Assembly (NCBI RefSeq): GCF_006345805.1
Contig: NC_042997.1
Coordinates: forward strand, 190,898,001-190,962,000
Reading direction: 5' to 3'
Length of the DNA stretch: 64,000 bases
DNA from: Octopus sinensis
Taxonomy: Eukaryota
The position numbers were made by a program, and so were the translations under genes. Shown one piece after another: positions 61,676 to 64,000 of the stretch (position 1 is the stretch's first letter; each line of letters begins with the position of its first letter). The notes beneath the pieces are model-generated. The model was not told the origin of the DNA and ran no database searches. It saw nothing but the letters and a program-made list of their open reading frames with translations.

Positions 61676-62764
61676 GTAAGTCATTATAGCCATAGAACTT
61701 CTCAAATGCATATGACACATTAAGCATCCGCATTTTCTAATACTATCATGGTTTGGATACAGCCAAATACAGCTGTTGGTGTCCTTTTACTCTAAGGATT
61801 GAAAGTATCTTATTTCACTTCTGTTTACATATCAATAAGTCTCACCTTACTTTATTCAGGGTATTTTTTTTTTTACTGCACCATGAGTTCAATTCTCACT
61901 AGAGTGAGTGACTTTGCCTTTCATCACTCCATAAAATAAAGATCAGAGTATGGTAGAGTCGATCCAGTTAATTATATTAACCTCTGGCTTACTCTTTTTA
62001 CTCTCTCTTTTACTTGTTTCAGTCATTTGACTGTGGCCATGCTGGAGCACCGACTTTAATCGAGAAAATCGACCCCAGGACTTATTCTTTGTAAGCCTAG
62101 TACTTATTCTAGCGGTCTCTTTTTACCGAATCGCTAAGTTACAAGGACGTAAGCACACCAGCATTGGTTGTCAAGCGATGTTGGGGGGGACAAACACAGA
62201 CACACATACATATATACATATATACGACGGGCTTCTTTCAGTTTCCGTCTACCAAATCCACTCACAAGGGTTTGGTCGGCCTGAGGCTATAGTAAAAGGC
62301 ACTTGCCCAAGGTGCCACGCAGTGGGACTGAACCCGGAACCATGTGGTTCGTAAGCAAGCTACTTACCACACAGCCACTCCTACGCTTGAGGAAGAAATT
62401 AATATTTGTTTCAGAAAATTTTACCCAGTGGAGTACATTTGTTTATTTATGATTATTTATTATTCGTAGCAATATTACACCACCGAAAACTGAATTTACT
62501 TTCCTCATAAACTTTATTTCAATCTTGGCTTTCATTTAGCTGCTGTTAGGCTTCATACAATGAAAGTATTTTTAATGACTCAATATGAAGATAAAAGTGT
62601 GAACTGTTCCAACCAAATGGCAGCATAACACAACATCTACCACTCTCCTTGGTCACAAACAGCCAACACGACTTTCCTAAAATATTGTTGAGAAATCTGT
62701 TGACATCTTTTTTCAACTATCTAACACATTTACTAAATATCAGTGTCCTTGCTAGAACTTATTC

Positions 62765-62803
<39 letters not shown>

Positions 62804-63208
62804 TTCATTCTTGCATCTGTGGAACATTAAAAGCATATAAAACATCTGATGTCTAAGTTTCAGATATTAAATCTTCTAATGATGCAATCAATTTGTACAT
62901 TTTCTACAAAAATGTTGTCAAAGGCTGCTACTATATTTGAAATGTCTTTGATCAATCACCGTAAGTCTTTCTTTTTTTCCAGAAAAAGTCATTTCAATAT
63001 AGAAATCATCCTCATCATCATTATCATTTAATGTCTATCTTCAATGCTGGCATAGGTTGGATGGTTTCACATGATCTAATGGGTCCAGGGACTGTATCTT
63101 GCTCCAATGTCTGTTTAGGCATGGTTGGATGCCCTTCCTAATGCCAAATAAAAGGCAATAAAAGCCTCTTACCTCTGTAGAGTTGTAGAAATCTAAATTT
63201 ACTCAATA

Positions 63209-63598
63209 CTAGCAGTATCACCCAGCGTTGCTCGTGTTTGTTTCGACCCTTTACAATTGGAATTTTTGGAAAGTAAATATTTTGCATTATGTAGCTTGTT
63301 ATTCTCTTTAAGTGAACATTTTTCTGGTTGAAATACAGCGAAAAATGGCGACACAGCAGTCAAAAAATCGTAAAAAATTGGGATTTTCATAGAAAAAAAA
63401 CACCTTTTTGATGTAAATAATTTTTGGTGTTAACATGGTCTGATTTGAATTTTTTCTTCTATGGAAGGAAGAGCAAGCCTTCTTCTATCATACTCTCAAT
63501 TTTGGTCAACTTGCACCGCAGGGTCTTGGAGGAGATAGTGTTAGTTGAAGGCTACCAAACCTGCCACACACTGACAACTTCAGCTTTATATATAGAGA
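63209..63598 (-). mobile_element. Non-autonomous Helitron, same subfamily as 42178-42568
   Basis: Highly similar to the 42.2 kb copy (shared ORF-track peptides); A|TC...CTAG|T termini. Confidence 0.8.
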
Positions 63599-64000
63599 TT
63601 TCAACTTTCTCCACCCACTAAACTTGAACTAAGCATTTTGAAATGAGAATTTGTCTAAACAACACCAAGTGTACAAGAATATGTAGGCTCTGACATTCAG
63701 ATCCTTCAATAAACTATTGACAGTAGATAAGGTCATGACAGTTTTGTTTTACACTCTGTTAGCTTTCTTAACTAATCATCACTCTAATAACCTTCTTCCT
63801 TTGAAGATTATGGTCCTTTATTTTGTAATACTGTTAAATCAGTGAAAATTTTAATATCTAATATAATTTTGTCTGGAAATTTACATGAAACTTTCAAAAG
63901 CTATAATTTGATGTTCTCAAAGTCTTTTAGCAAAAACAAGTTCTACACCTCATGCAAAGTGCCCTAACTAATAATCAGACAAATAGGTTGCGATATTCTT

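Overview
AT-rich, repeat-dense animal genomic DNA. The SINE, LINE-tail, Helitron and microsatellite landscape looks like an octopus (coleoid cephalopod) genome; this is recognition from memory, not a database hit. One protein-coding gene is supported: the 5' eight coding exons of an FKBP15 (WAFL/FKBP133) ortholog on the + strand. Its ATG is at 22882, exon 8 ends at 61675, and the gene continues beyond the window. All seven introns are GT-AG and frame-compatible, and intron 1 is 25.4 kb. The spliced exons encode MFFDQDEDEQDFMSPSAG-SKLANLF...YTAPKQPKK..., a WH1-like region and the start of the FKBP domain. Almost all ORFs in the supplied track are microsatellite or TE artefacts. The rest of the window is transposon debris: tRNA-derived SINEs, RTE-, CR1-, L1/Tx1- and RLE (R4/Dong-like) LINE fragments, non-autonomous Helitrons, piggyBac and hAT MITEs, a piggyBac deletion derivative and mariner fragments. 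Most notable observations: (1) an 8-unit head-to-tail multimer of a headless SINE body (~184 bp unit) bounded by one 14-bp target-site duplication; (2) several minimal hammerhead-ribozyme-like motifs with palindromic stem III; (3) a triple Helitron array whose empty site survives in an adjacent duplicate; (4) several fold-back hairpins at retro-insertion ends; (5) an exact 129-bp local copy 11.5 kb away; (6) an unexplained 96-codon antisense exon-like frame in FKBP15 intron 3.
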